Shown here: piece after piece, positions 38,551-47,932 of the stretch
How positions within the stretch are numbered: the first letter of the stretch is position 1
How the letters are laid out: each line of letters opens with the position of its first letter
Virus record (IMG/VR): IMGVR_UViG_3300028581_000012
Reading direction: 5' to 3' (one strand)
Length of the DNA stretch: 64,000 nucleotides
From: a virus
The notes under the pieces: model-generated
Seen by the model: only the letters and a program-made list of their open reading frames with translations
What the model was told of the DNA's origin: nothing
Database searches by the model: none
Translations under genes and position numbers: made by a program

Positions 38551-39672
38551 ATGGCAACTACTGTAATAATTACTGAACCTGATAGAAGTAAACTTTATAA
38601 AAGAATAAAAAATCTTTTAGGAGCCCCTCTTCGTAGTGTCGAATTGGAAGATGAAATGATGGATTCATTATTAGAATTGTCAATTCAAGATTATGCCCAA
38701 CACGTTAATGATTGGTTAATTGAATCTCAATGGACATCTTTAGCGGGTCTTAACTTAGATGAACAATCACTTACAAGAGCATTTACAACAAGAAGTTTAG
38801 ATTATGAAACTCAGTTTACATATGCTTATTCTAAAATAGTGGGATTACAAGCTGGTGGAGATTGGGTGTTGAAAAAAGATTACATCGAATTAGTAGCCAA
38901 CCAACAAATATATGAAATTCCGGCAGGTCGTGAAATAAACGAAATTTTATGGTTCGCTAGGTCTGAATTAGATGCCGCTTACTTTGACCCATTTATGGGT
39001 GGATTTGGTGGATTTGGTGGTATCGGTCTTGGTGGTGGTGCCGGTTTTTCTCAGATGGGGACAACGGGCAATTATTTTATTACTCCAGCATTTGATATTC
39101 TTTTAAGAATGTCAGACATTCAAATGAAAAGAAGAATCATAACAGGAGATTTAACTTATAGAATTACAGCACTTCCTGAGGGTAAGAAGGCACTACATTT
39201 AATGAATGTTCCTGGAGGTAAATTTGATTTTGGAAATATTAACTACCAAAAGCATCGTGTGTGGTATTGGTATTATGATACATTTGATAGGGATGATTGT
39301 TTAGCTAAAAATCCTGATGTTGTAAGACTACCGTCTGATGTTCCAATAGATGAAATGAGGTGGGATGAATTAAACTCACCCGCACAAACATGGGTTAGAA
39401 GATGGTTTACCGCATATTGTAAAGAAACTTTGGCTAAAGTAAGAGGTAAGTATAGTGGAAGTTTGAAAACTCCTGATTCTGAATTGACGTTAGAATGGCA
39501 AAGTTTGAACACTGAAGCAAAAGACGAAAAAGCAACACTGTGGGAAGAATTGAAAACTAGACTTGAAAGATTAAGACCTGAAAAACAATTAGAAGTAAAG
39601 GCGGCTCAAGCTGAAAATATAAATAAAGCTTTAAAATTCAGACCATTTACAAGTCCTTATAATATTATATAA
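38551..39672 (+). CDS. Neck protein (T4 gp13-like)
   Basis: RIKNLLGAPLRSVELEDE N-terminus; WVRRWFTAYCKETLAKVRGKY C-terminal segment. Confidence 0.8.
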   Translation: MATTVIITEPDRSKLYKRIKNLLGAPLRSVELEDEMMDSLLELSIQDYAQHVNDWLIESQWTSLAGLNLDEQSLTRAFTTRSLDYETQFTYAYSKIVGLQAGGDWVLKKDYIELVANQQIYEIPAGREINEILWFARSELDAAYFDPFMGGFGGFGGIGLGGGAGFSQMGTTGNYFITPAFDILLRMSDIQMKRRIITGDLTYRITALPEGKKALHLMNVPGGKFDFGNINYQKHRVWYWYYDTFDRDDCLAKNPDVVRLPSDVPIDEMRWDELNSPAQTWVRRWFTAYCKETLAKVRGKYSGSLKTPDSELTLEWQSLNTEAKDEKATLWEELKTRLERLRPEKQLEVKAAQAENINKALKFRPFTSPYNII

Positions 39673-39679
39673 TTTTTTT

Positions 39680-40012
39680 ATGGCAGTATTTAGGTCAGTT
39701 TCATCTACCAGAATAATTAATGGTAATAAAATAGAAACATCAGAATCGGCAGTTGTTTCAAATACAACTTACGAAACAAATGGTGAATATGTTATTGTTG
39801 TAACAGGTGTTGAAAATTGCGAACTTTTTTTAAATTCATCAAACACAGACCACGTAGTTGTTAAAGCTATGACAAATGTTTTAGTTAAGACGGACGCATT
39901 AATTGATGAACAGTTTGAAGAAGTTGAAATGGAAAAAGGAGCTTGTGTAGAATTCAAAAAAGTTAATAGGTTTTGGTATATTCTTTCTTCTGATGGACTT
40001 AAAAACTCTTAG
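39680..40012 (+). CDS. Hypothetical beta-rich protein, probably structural
   Basis: 110-aa ORF following the neck gene. Confidence 0.65.
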   Translation: MAVFRSVSSTRIINGNKIETSESAVVSNTTYETNGEYVIVVTGVENCELFLNSSNTDHVVVKAMTNVLVKTDALIDEQFEEVEMEKGACVEFKKVNRFWYILSSDGLKNS

Positions 40013-42837
40013 TCAAAACTAAGAGCCATTAAATCACCTTCAGCATCAAACTCATAGTATTCATCTTGGTCTACTTTGTCGTTTTTACTAACAAACTCAT
40101 CCATCATTTTTCTATTTTTTGAAACCCATTGTGTATCAACTAAATCTAACGTGTTTTCAATATACATATAATACGGGTCAATCCCAACACTTTTCCAAAA
40201 AGTTAATTCCATATCGGATAGAGTCAAAACCTCCTCTAAAGTATCTTGATGAGCCTCTTTCATTGGGTAACCCCTTACAAGTTCTGTTTGTGTTTTTGTA
40301 AATATGGGTCTATCTTTAGGGTCCTCAATTAAAATGTCTTCTCTGATTTCAGGGTTATACACAACAAGTAATGGTTCAATTCTTTTATTGAATGCTGCCA
40401 TATATCTTGCAACATTATAATCTCCTAATAAATCAGGATTTTTTTCAATGTCCTCTTCATTAATTAAATAACAATTTAAAACAAGTTCATCTTTTTTCTT
40501 TTGAACATCACCGTGTGATTTTTTTTCACCATTATTAACATAATAGATAGTGTCACCAAGACCAGGACTTTTATTTTCTTTAATCAAAAGTTCCATATGA
40601 GCTTGTCTTGACATCATATTACCGGCCCTTGTAGTTTTTGTTATGTGAACTTTATAATCATCAATAGATTGTTTAACTCGAGCCTTGTTTGCAATTTTTG
40701 CTAAAGGAATTTGTTTGTTATACAACTTATCAACATACTCATAGTAGAAATCTAAAAACTCACCACCTTTACCATCTAATAACAATCGAAGTCCTTTATC
40801 CAAAAATTCAGCAACATATGTTTGAAGTTTTTTAGATTTAATTGTATTTCCTGTAAGTTTTACTTTTCCTTTATCAGTAAGAAGTGCGTAGTTTTTTCGA
40901 GCCACATTAATCGTTGAAGACCAAACCCCATCAATGTCTAATCCCATTTCACCTCGTAAGAATAAATCATTGTATTCTGCAACATCAGCTTCAGCGCCAA
41001 CATATTCTTTATTTTCTTTAACCAATCCGTTAAGACCTTTACCGATGTATTTGTATTCATCACGGTCTGATGGAGTTTCAAAGTTAACACCATCCGTATC
41101 CATTACAAGGGGAACATATCCTCTTTGCATAAAAAACATAATCATCTGACGAAGATATTGTCTTCCTGTACAAGTAATCTGTTCACCCATATCAATGTCA
41201 CCCCACGGAAATACTTGAGGTGCTGATAATGAACCAAAGAATGCGTTGATAAAGATTTTAATTGGTAATTGTTTTCTGTCGTATGAAATTGCTAACTTTG
41301 GGTCTATTGTTTTATATTCACTCGCCAAGTTCTTATATTTAATACGAGTATCACGAAAATACTTTAACATACTTTTCATCGCACCTGTAACATCACAAGC
41401 AGGAAACACGTCGTGAACCAACTGAATAGATGGGTATAGTGAAGAGTAGTCAAGTTTTAATACATTTTTAGAGAACCCAACTTGAACCAAACGAGAAAGA
41501 CCACCTGTAAACTTTCTTTTTTCTAACTTTTTTGGAAGTGCCAAATTATGTTTGTATGACCAAGAGGCCATAATCATTTTCCATAATGTTGCGGTCCCCA
41601 TAGTTGAAAGTCTTTCATATGTTGTTGGTACAAGTTTGGACAACAAAAAGTTTGCTTGATTAAACTGCTCATCAACAATCATTGTTTCATAAAGGTCATC
41701 ATCCAAGTAGTCTTCAATAATCTTTGAACCTGTAACTAATTTATAAACATCATCACGTCTACCGCATATTTCATCAATTTTAGAATCTAAACCAACTTTT
41801 TTGTATGCTCCATTTTCTTTATTCATCCAAAACTCTTCGTTTTCGAAATATATTTTACCAATCTTATCACCTTCCACATAAACACGATTTGGTTTTTCTG
41901 CTTCAATAAACTTTGTAATATACTTCAAAGACCAACTCTTAATGTCTGAGTTAATTGCTTGTGCTCTACGAACAGCATGTGCTATATCCACAATGTTATA
42001 TCCCCACATCTGAGTTTGAACATATGGTTCCATTTCGTTTGCTAACTTCAAGATACCATCTTTTTGTTTTAAACTATAATCGGGATGTAAGGTTTTACAT
42101 ATTTTTTTGATATTAACTTTTAAAATTTCTGCACGTTTTAAAATAAATGGGAAGTCAAAGAATGCCGAGTTGTAACCACCAACTAAAGATGGTTTTAAAT
42201 CGTCTATTGTTTTAAAAAAATCAATAATCATTTGTCTTTCTGCATCTTCATTTTGTGCCGATAATAGTTTTATAAAACCACGATTATCTTTCATTCCAAT
42301 CAAGAATATCTTACTTGTTTTGGGGTCAAGACCTGTGGTCTCAATATCGAATACAAATCTGTGAATTTCATCGTATTCTTCAAATCCTTTAAAAAGTCTT
42401 TTGTTTTTTTGAACCAAGTATTGTTCAACGGGTGAAAGTATTTGTATGGAGTCAGTATTATCTCTACCCCACGGGTCTAAACCTCCACCTTTAAAAAAGT
42501 TTACAAGGTTCGAATATGTTTTTGTTGTTTTAACAATATACTTGAGTCCGTTTTCTAAACGTTCATCTCCGTGAGTGTCTAATTTTTCAATGATAATACC
42601 ATTTTCACTCATTGCACGTTTTTGTGCATGTTTATCACTTTTATAAAAGTTTTTACCTTTCAAATCACCAACCCAAGCAAATGGAATGAATGTGTCAGGA
42701 CGTAACAATTTACCCTTTACAGGGTCCTGAATTATTTTATAAATTTTTGATGTTTTGTAATCGTATTCTAAAGATACTATATATTTTTCTTCGTCTTCGC
42801 CTAATAAAAAGCGTTCAATTTCTTCTTGTGGGACCAT
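40009..42837 (-). CDS. Family B DNA polymerase
   Basis: ExoI FDIETTG, ExoII GYNSAFFD, motif A LDYSSLYPS, motif B KIFINAFFG, motif C MDTDG. Confidence 0.95.
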   Translation of the reverse strand: MVPQEEIERFLLGEDEEKYIVSLEYDYKTSKIYKIIQDPVKGKLLRPDTFIPFAWVGDLKGKNFYKSDKHAQKRAMSENGIIIEKLDTHGDERLENGLKYIVKTTKTYSNLVNFFKGGGLDPWGRDNTDSIQILSPVEQYLVQKNKRLFKGFEEYDEIHRFVFDIETTGLDPKTSKIFLIGMKDNRGFIKLLSAQNEDAERQMIIDFFKTIDDLKPSLVGGYNSAFFDFPFILKRAEILKVNIKKICKTLHPDYSLKQKDGILKLANEMEPYVQTQMWGYNIVDIAHAVRRAQAINSDIKSWSLKYITKFIEAEKPNRVYVEGDKIGKIYFENEEFWMNKENGAYKKVGLDSKIDEICGRRDDVYKLVTGSKIIEDYLDDDLYETMIVDEQFNQANFLLSKLVPTTYERLSTMGTATLWKMIMASWSYKHNLALPKKLEKRKFTGGLSRLVQVGFSKNVLKLDYSSLYPSIQLVHDVFPACDVTGAMKSMLKYFRDTRIKYKNLASEYKTIDPKLAISYDRKQLPIKIFINAFFGSLSAPQVFPWGDIDMGEQITCTGRQYLRQMIMFFMQRGYVPLVMDTDGVNFETPSDRDEYKYIGKGLNGLVKENKEYVGAEADVAEYNDLFLRGEMGLDIDGVWSSTINVARKNYALLTDKGKVKLTGNTIKSKKLQTYVAEFLDKGLRLLLDGKGGEFLDFYYEYVDKLYNKQIPLAKIANKARVKQSIDDYKVHITKTTRAGNMMSRQAHMELLIKENKSPGLGDTIYYVNNGEKKSHGDVQKKKDELVLNCYLINEEDIEKNPDLLGDYNVARYMAAFNKRIEPLLVVYNPEIREDILIEDPKDRPIFTKTQTELVRGYPMKEAHQDTLEEVLTLSDMELTFWKSVGIDPYYMYIENTLDLVDTQWVSKNRKMMDEFVSKNDKVDQDEYYEFDAEGDLMALSFD

Positions 42838-42867
42838 AATGTTTATATTTAAGTTTGGTGTATTAGC

Positions 42868-42885
42868 TGTTACATAGGTGTAACA
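42868..42885 (-). promoter_or_regulatory. Perfect inverted repeat in polymerase 5' leader
   Basis: TGTTACA-TAGG-TGTAACA between promoter and ATG. Confidence 0.5.
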
Positions 42886-42899
42886 TTTACCTTAGTCTT

Positions 42900-42930
42900 A
42901 AATATAAGTGTAAAATCTACTCTTGTCAAA
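42900..42930 (-). promoter_or_regulatory. Sigma70-like promoter for DNA polymerase
   Basis: TTGACA-N17-TATATT on minus strand. Confidence 0.7.
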
Positions 42931-43279
42931 TAATATTGATGTAAAGATTTTCTCTAATTGGTGTGATTAATTCTCCATTTTCCAATACAATTGAAAATTC
43001 ACCTATGAACCTACCTTTAATTTTTGTATCATTTGCATTCCACTTGTAGTATAGATAATATTCCCAAGGGGTGTCAGGATTATTTTTAAATTTTTCTACA
43101 ATGTATGCTTGATTCATAAATATTTTTTGAATTCCGTTGCCTTCATTTTTCATAGAAAACCTAATAATCGCATTGTCTAATATTTCTATAATATTTTTAT
43201 ATGAGTCACTTTTCCCATCAATGACAGGTTCCATTTTTAAAATGGGTAGTGTTGAGTTTTGATTTATAAAAAATTCCAT
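42926..43279 (-). CDS. Hypothetical Ig-like/BppU-N-like structural protein
   Basis: FFINQNSTLPIL...YKWNANDT..KGRFIGEFSI beta pattern. Confidence 0.5.
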   Translation of the reverse strand: MEFFINQNSTLPILKMEPVIDGKSDSYKNIIEILDNAIIRFSMKNEGNGIQKIFMNQAYIVEKFKNNPDTPWEYYLYYKWNANDTKIKGRFIGEFSIVLENGELITPIRENLYINII

Positions 43280-43299
43280 TTTCTATTTAAAAATATTTT

Positions 43300-46005
43300 T
43301 TATGGACAAGTGGTTAAAACCGTTGTCACAATTCCATTAGATAAACTAATTAACACATAACTTCCTGAGTTTTGTACAATATACCATCCACTAAATGTGT
43401 AGTAATTACAAGTGGTTGCGTTTCCATAAAATACTGTGCCAACTTGTACTAATGGTGTGTCTATGTAGTTTGGGGAAAAACCACCAGTCGGGGAGCATGT
43501 TGATGCCTGTAAACAAGCAAGACCATTACATGCTGCAGAGTAATCGTTGGTTATAGATACGAAGCTAACACCGAATATTATATTAGAAGATAAGTATGGG
43601 TGAGTTGTTAAACAAGGTACTGGTGTTGGTGGTGGAGGACATAAATTACAATCACCACCTTGACCATAAACTTGACCGTTCCATGTTATAGTTGAAGGAC
43701 TCGCGGTTGGTCCTCCGACAATATAACATTCCCCATTTGTTGCCCCAACAACGTAGTAGTTATCCAAATTCTGATATTGCGAAGGAATTGATATTACTTC
43801 TGCTGCAAATTCACCACCACAAGGAAACGCCATCGCCGTAATATATGCGGGTGTAGGGCTCGGTGTTGGTGTAGGTGTTGGTGTAGGTGTCGGAGTAGGT
43901 GTTGGTGTAGGGCTCGGTGTTGGTGTAGGTGTAGGTAAAGGTAAAGATAAACAATTCGGACACCAATAATCAAATAAATTAAATTGGTCTTTTAATATTC
44001 TAAAATTATGTTGGACTTGAGGGCTAGAAAAAGGTTCTGTATACATTCTAAATTGTGAAATACCACCCATAAAAGAGCCTCCAAAATTTTGTTCAACAAG
44101 TATATCGGTGGTCAATGAATTATAAGTTGACGCTGATAATATTTCGTTTGGAAACGCTTCGGGGTCTTGTTGGTAAGGTCCATTTAAAGGAATACTATTT
44201 CCACTAAAAGTTAAAGTATTAGCACTTGAAGAAATGTTAAAAGTTGGAGTAGTACCGGGTTGTGTACTTATAGTTCCAGATTGATTAGTCAGACCTGTTA
44301 AACTTACTGACGAACCATTACACGAAATATATGATAAAGTTGTAACTCCACTACCAACTGACCATCCCCAATCAGCGCATTCTTTGAAAATTAAATTATC
44401 GTGAAGACCCTGACTACCTCCACCCCAAGAAATGTTAAAAGGAACACCTATTTGTTTTTCTTTTTCACAGTTTAATTCACGAGGTATTATTTCTTCAAAA
44501 TTTTCAATTACCGTAAATAAGTAACCATTTATATATAATTTTAATCTACCGAGTCTATACCAAGTATCATCAAACCATTTACGGTCAAAAATAATTCTAT
44601 AAACTTTATTTTCTTTTGTATCTCCCGAATGAGTTTCAGGTGGCATTATTAAATTATATGAAGTTCCATTTAATATTGATTGATAAGTAACTTCTCTAAT
44701 ATCACCAAGACCTCCAAGATTCAATAAGTCGCATTCTTCTATTGTTGTATACCTTTCAAATACAGCAGTAACCATAACCCATCTATCTTCAGTGATTGTT
44801 CCACATACATAATCACATATATCATAAATTGGTGGTGTGCAAACTTCAGTTATCGTATAACCTGTTTGAAAAGTCACCCCTGTAGTTTCACATACTCCTG
44901 TGGTAACACAGTCTCCTGTGATTTTTATGTATTTTACACATAAACTTGGATTTAAAGGGCAACCGCTAAATCTCATAGAAAGTGCGTTTGATAATACATC
45001 AAATTTTGGGTCCAACGGAGGATTCGGTATTTCTTCGGTACAAGCTCCACCGCAATTACAACCAATATTATGGTAGGCAGTTGTAGAACTCATAGGGTAT
45101 AAATTTACACAGTTAGCGTTTGTATATCCGGTTTCGTAACAAGTACAACTACTTAAACTTGTAAATCCTGATGTTACACGAGTATATCCTGAATCTGATT
45201 CTGGACTTCCACCGGCATAATGATAATATTTGTTTTCTGCTCTTGTACCAAAGTAGAAAAAAGTACCGGCATTATTTGGATATTTAGTGTTTAAATATTC
45301 TTGAGTTGAAGTGTCAATAGAATAAAGGTCGATGTTTCTTGGTTTAATCAAAGTTTCCATTGTCCACCCTTTATTTAGTCTTTCTGGAAAAACTTCATAG
45401 TCATAACCGAATAATTTGTAAAAACCTTGATAAAATCCTCCATATAGTTGTTGGTGATATCCCGCAACCAAATCTACTACGGAAACTATATTATACATAG
45501 ATTGTTTTGGTCTACCATTAAATACAATATTTGGTGAGTTAGTGTAACCTGTGACCATATGCATTTTCATTCTTCTATCGTAGTAGTATGGGTTAAATTT
45601 AAAGTCGTTTCTTATACCCATTGTATAATTCAATGTTTGACCAGTTAAAAGGGTAAATAGTCCGTTGTCAGTTGCTGTCAAACCAACATCACAAGTACCT
45701 GTGAAAGCAGAAATACAATCCAAATCTACATTATTTGGGTTGTAATAATTTTTGGAAACTAATGTTGCACTACTATAAAAATTATTAAATAACATAGATA
45801 CTTGAGGACAGGTGTCGGGATTAGATAAATCATATATAATCGGTAACCTATTGCCGTCATTAATTGCTATCAAATCATCTGAAAAAACTACCTCCTCGTC
45901 GTAGTCTTTTTCATCCCCAACGAGAGTAAAATCAAAATAATTCCCAAAATTTAATTTTTGCGAATATTTTGGCGTAAAATATGAATTAATACTTTGACTT
46001 GGCAT
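43300..46005 (-). CDS. Cys-rich surface/virion protein with LamG/ConA-like domain and Pro-Thr linker
   Basis: GWTMETLI...[39 protein letters not shown]; (PT)n linker; many Cys. Confidence 0.65.
   Translation of the reverse strand: [901 protein letters not shown]
43849..43942 (-). repeat. (Pro-Thr/Ser)n low-complexity repeat
   Basis: [29 protein letters not shown]; ggtgta/ggtgtt hexamers. Confidence 0.92.
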
Positions 46006-46013
46006 TTTTATTT

Positions 46014-46040
46014 ATAAATACTTTAAACGAAGATATTTAT
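46014..46040. promoter_or_regulatory. Back-to-back TATTTAT motifs (candidate divergent late promoters)
   Basis: TATTTAT on minus strand at 46014-46020 and on plus strand at 46034-46040, each just upstream of its own gene. Confidence 0.6.
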
Positions 46041-46054
46041 ATAAAAAGTATTAA

Positions 46055-46780
46055 ATGAAGACCTATAAATATTCTACAAAAGAAAGAGCTGAAAGGGTTG
46101 CAAAAACAATTAATTGTACCGGCTCACACCAACATACTGAAAAAGGTAAGAAAATTTACATGCCGTGTAAGAGCCATGAAATATTTTTGAAAAAGACAAA
46201 AAACACCGAAGGTGAAGTGACCGAACTTGTAGATTATGATGGAACGTGGGAAACTTCTTCAGTTCCAATATTAAATCCTGCAACTACTGGAACTAAAAAT
46301 AATCCAACAATTACCGATAAAATTGTCTTTATGAGTAAAAACCCAAGAGACCCATTATTAAGAGGTTGGTATGGATACTATGGTGAAGGTCACGTTAAAG
46401 AAATTGATATGTCTAAAGCGTTTGGGTTTGAGGATACTAAATTTATGGATGCAGAAGAAACAGAAAAGTTTTATAAAAAAGAACTTAAGTTGAAACCTCA
46501 AAATGCAAAAATAAGAACACTAGACCAAGGTAAAAAGAAAGGTTTGGACAAAAAAACTCCACCTAGTATTAAAAAGAAAAAAGGATTTATTGATAGGGAA
46601 ATATTAAAAGAACTTGAAACCGATGAATTATATGAAGATATGTTGTTCAACAAAGACAAAAAAACGGATGATGGTGTTATTGGGGATTTAATTAAAAAAA
46701 ATGTTAGAGCGTTAAAAAAAATGGCGAGTGATAATAATGTATCCATTCAAGAATTAATTTATATGTTAAAAGATGAATAG
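46055..46780 (+). CDS. Hypothetical protein with N-terminal DUF3721-like Cys/His motif
   Basis: AERVAKTINCTGSHQH...YMPCKSH. Confidence 0.65.
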   Translation: MKTYKYSTKERAERVAKTINCTGSHQHTEKGKKIYMPCKSHEIFLKKTKNTEGEVTELVDYDGTWETSSVPILNPATTGTKNNPTITDKIVFMSKNPRDPLLRGWYGYYGEGHVKEIDMSKAFGFEDTKFMDAEETEKFYKKELKLKPQNAKIRTLDQGKKKGLDKKTPPSIKKKKGFIDREILKELETDELYEDMLFNKDKKTDDGVIGDLIKKNVRALKKMASDNNVSIQELIYMLKDE

Positions 46781-47237
46781 TTCATTATACGATAGAAAAG
46801 CCGTTATACCCGACACATTATTGAAACATTTAGAACAATGTTTTAGTTCTTCTAATGGTAATGAAAACACTGAAGGGTATAAAAGAAATAAAGAATTAAG
46901 AGATTCAAAAGTTGCAACATACCAACAAATAAAAAGAATTAAAAGTTGGTTTGATAACTTTAATGGAAATAAAGAAGATGCACCATTCATTTTAAACGGG
47001 GGTGATAGAATGAAAAATTGGTGTGATGAGGTTTTAAATACTTGGAGAAATAATGTTGAGGGTGGAAAAAAAATAAAAAGTGATACAGGAATGCAAAATC
47101 AATTTTTAGATACTCACGAAAAAAATGGAGTTAATATTTCACCTAACAAAAGACACGAAAAAGGAATAAACAAATTTGACACCTCAATAAAAGAAGAAGT
47201 TGAAAAAATAAACTATTTAATTAAAAAAATATTATAA
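46773..47237 (+). CDS. Hypothetical protein
   Basis: 154 aa, overlapping neighbours; IKRIKSWF...LNGG..MKNW; C-terminal IKEEVEKINYLI. Confidence 0.75.
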   Translation: MNSSLYDRKAVIPDTLLKHLEQCFSSSNGNENTEGYKRNKELRDSKVATYQQIKRIKSWFDNFNGNKEDAPFILNGGDRMKNWCDEVLNTWRNNVEGGKKIKSDTGMQNQFLDTHEKNGVNISPNKRHEKGINKFDTSIKEEVEKINYLIKKIL

Positions 47238-47530
47238 TGGCAGTTCAATCAGATAAATTAGATTTTTCGCAACCAGACAATACATTGTCTAAAATTGCAG
47301 AAGAACAAAGAAAAAAGATGTTTGCAAGAAACGACTTTAAAGAAGTTAACCCGTATTCATCTGTAAATCCTGCAGCGTTGGCTGATGGTGATGGTAAAGG
47401 AAGAGGTACTGGTGGTGATTTAGATATATATAATCAAAACGCAGGAACAATTACCGACAGATTTGAAAGAAAAGATGATTTAAAAGTTAATAAATTTTCA
47501 CCACAAAATCCTTACTACACAGTAACATGA
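47237..47530 (+). CDS. Hypothetical protein
   Basis: 97 aa, translationally coupled on both sides. Confidence 0.75.
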   Translation: MAVQSDKLDFSQPDNTLSKIAEEQRKKMFARNDFKEVNPYSSVNPAALADGDGKGRGTGGDLDIYNQNAGTITDRFERKDDLKVNKFSPQNPYYTVT

Positions 47531-47916
47531 AACTAGTCAATAATCTTAGTCAATTGATTACAGAGATTGCGGCAATTTCTGATATGACGGATTCTATTAA
47601 AAAAAGAAACGTAGTATCAATTTATTACGACGGTAAAGACAATGGAGGTAAGGGATATAGAGTTATAGAACCCGTTTGTCTTGGGTTTTCAAAAAGAGAC
47701 AATATGGTATTAAGAGCGTGGGAAAGAGAAGGTTCATCCTATAGTGCGAAAAACGATGGTAATTTCTTACCAGGATGGAGGTTATTTAGAGTTGATAAAA
47801 TCTTTACATATAAACCAACCTTTGATAAGTTTGATACAGTAAGACCTAACTACAACCCAACAGGGGATAAATCAATGATTAGAGTTTTAGTTAACGCTAA
47901 ATTTGATAACGAATAA
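47527..47916 (+). CDS. Stand-alone WYL-domain protein
   Basis: VVSIYY...RVIEPVCLG...LRAW...WRLFRVDKI. Confidence 0.82.
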   Translation: MKLVNNLSQLITEIAAISDMTDSIKKRNVVSIYYDGKDNGGKGYRVIEPVCLGFSKRDNMVLRAWEREGSSYSAKNDGNFLPGWRLFRVDKIFTYKPTFDKFDTVRPNYNPTGDKSMIRVLVNAKFDNE

Positions 47917-47932
47917 AAAAAATTAAAATATT

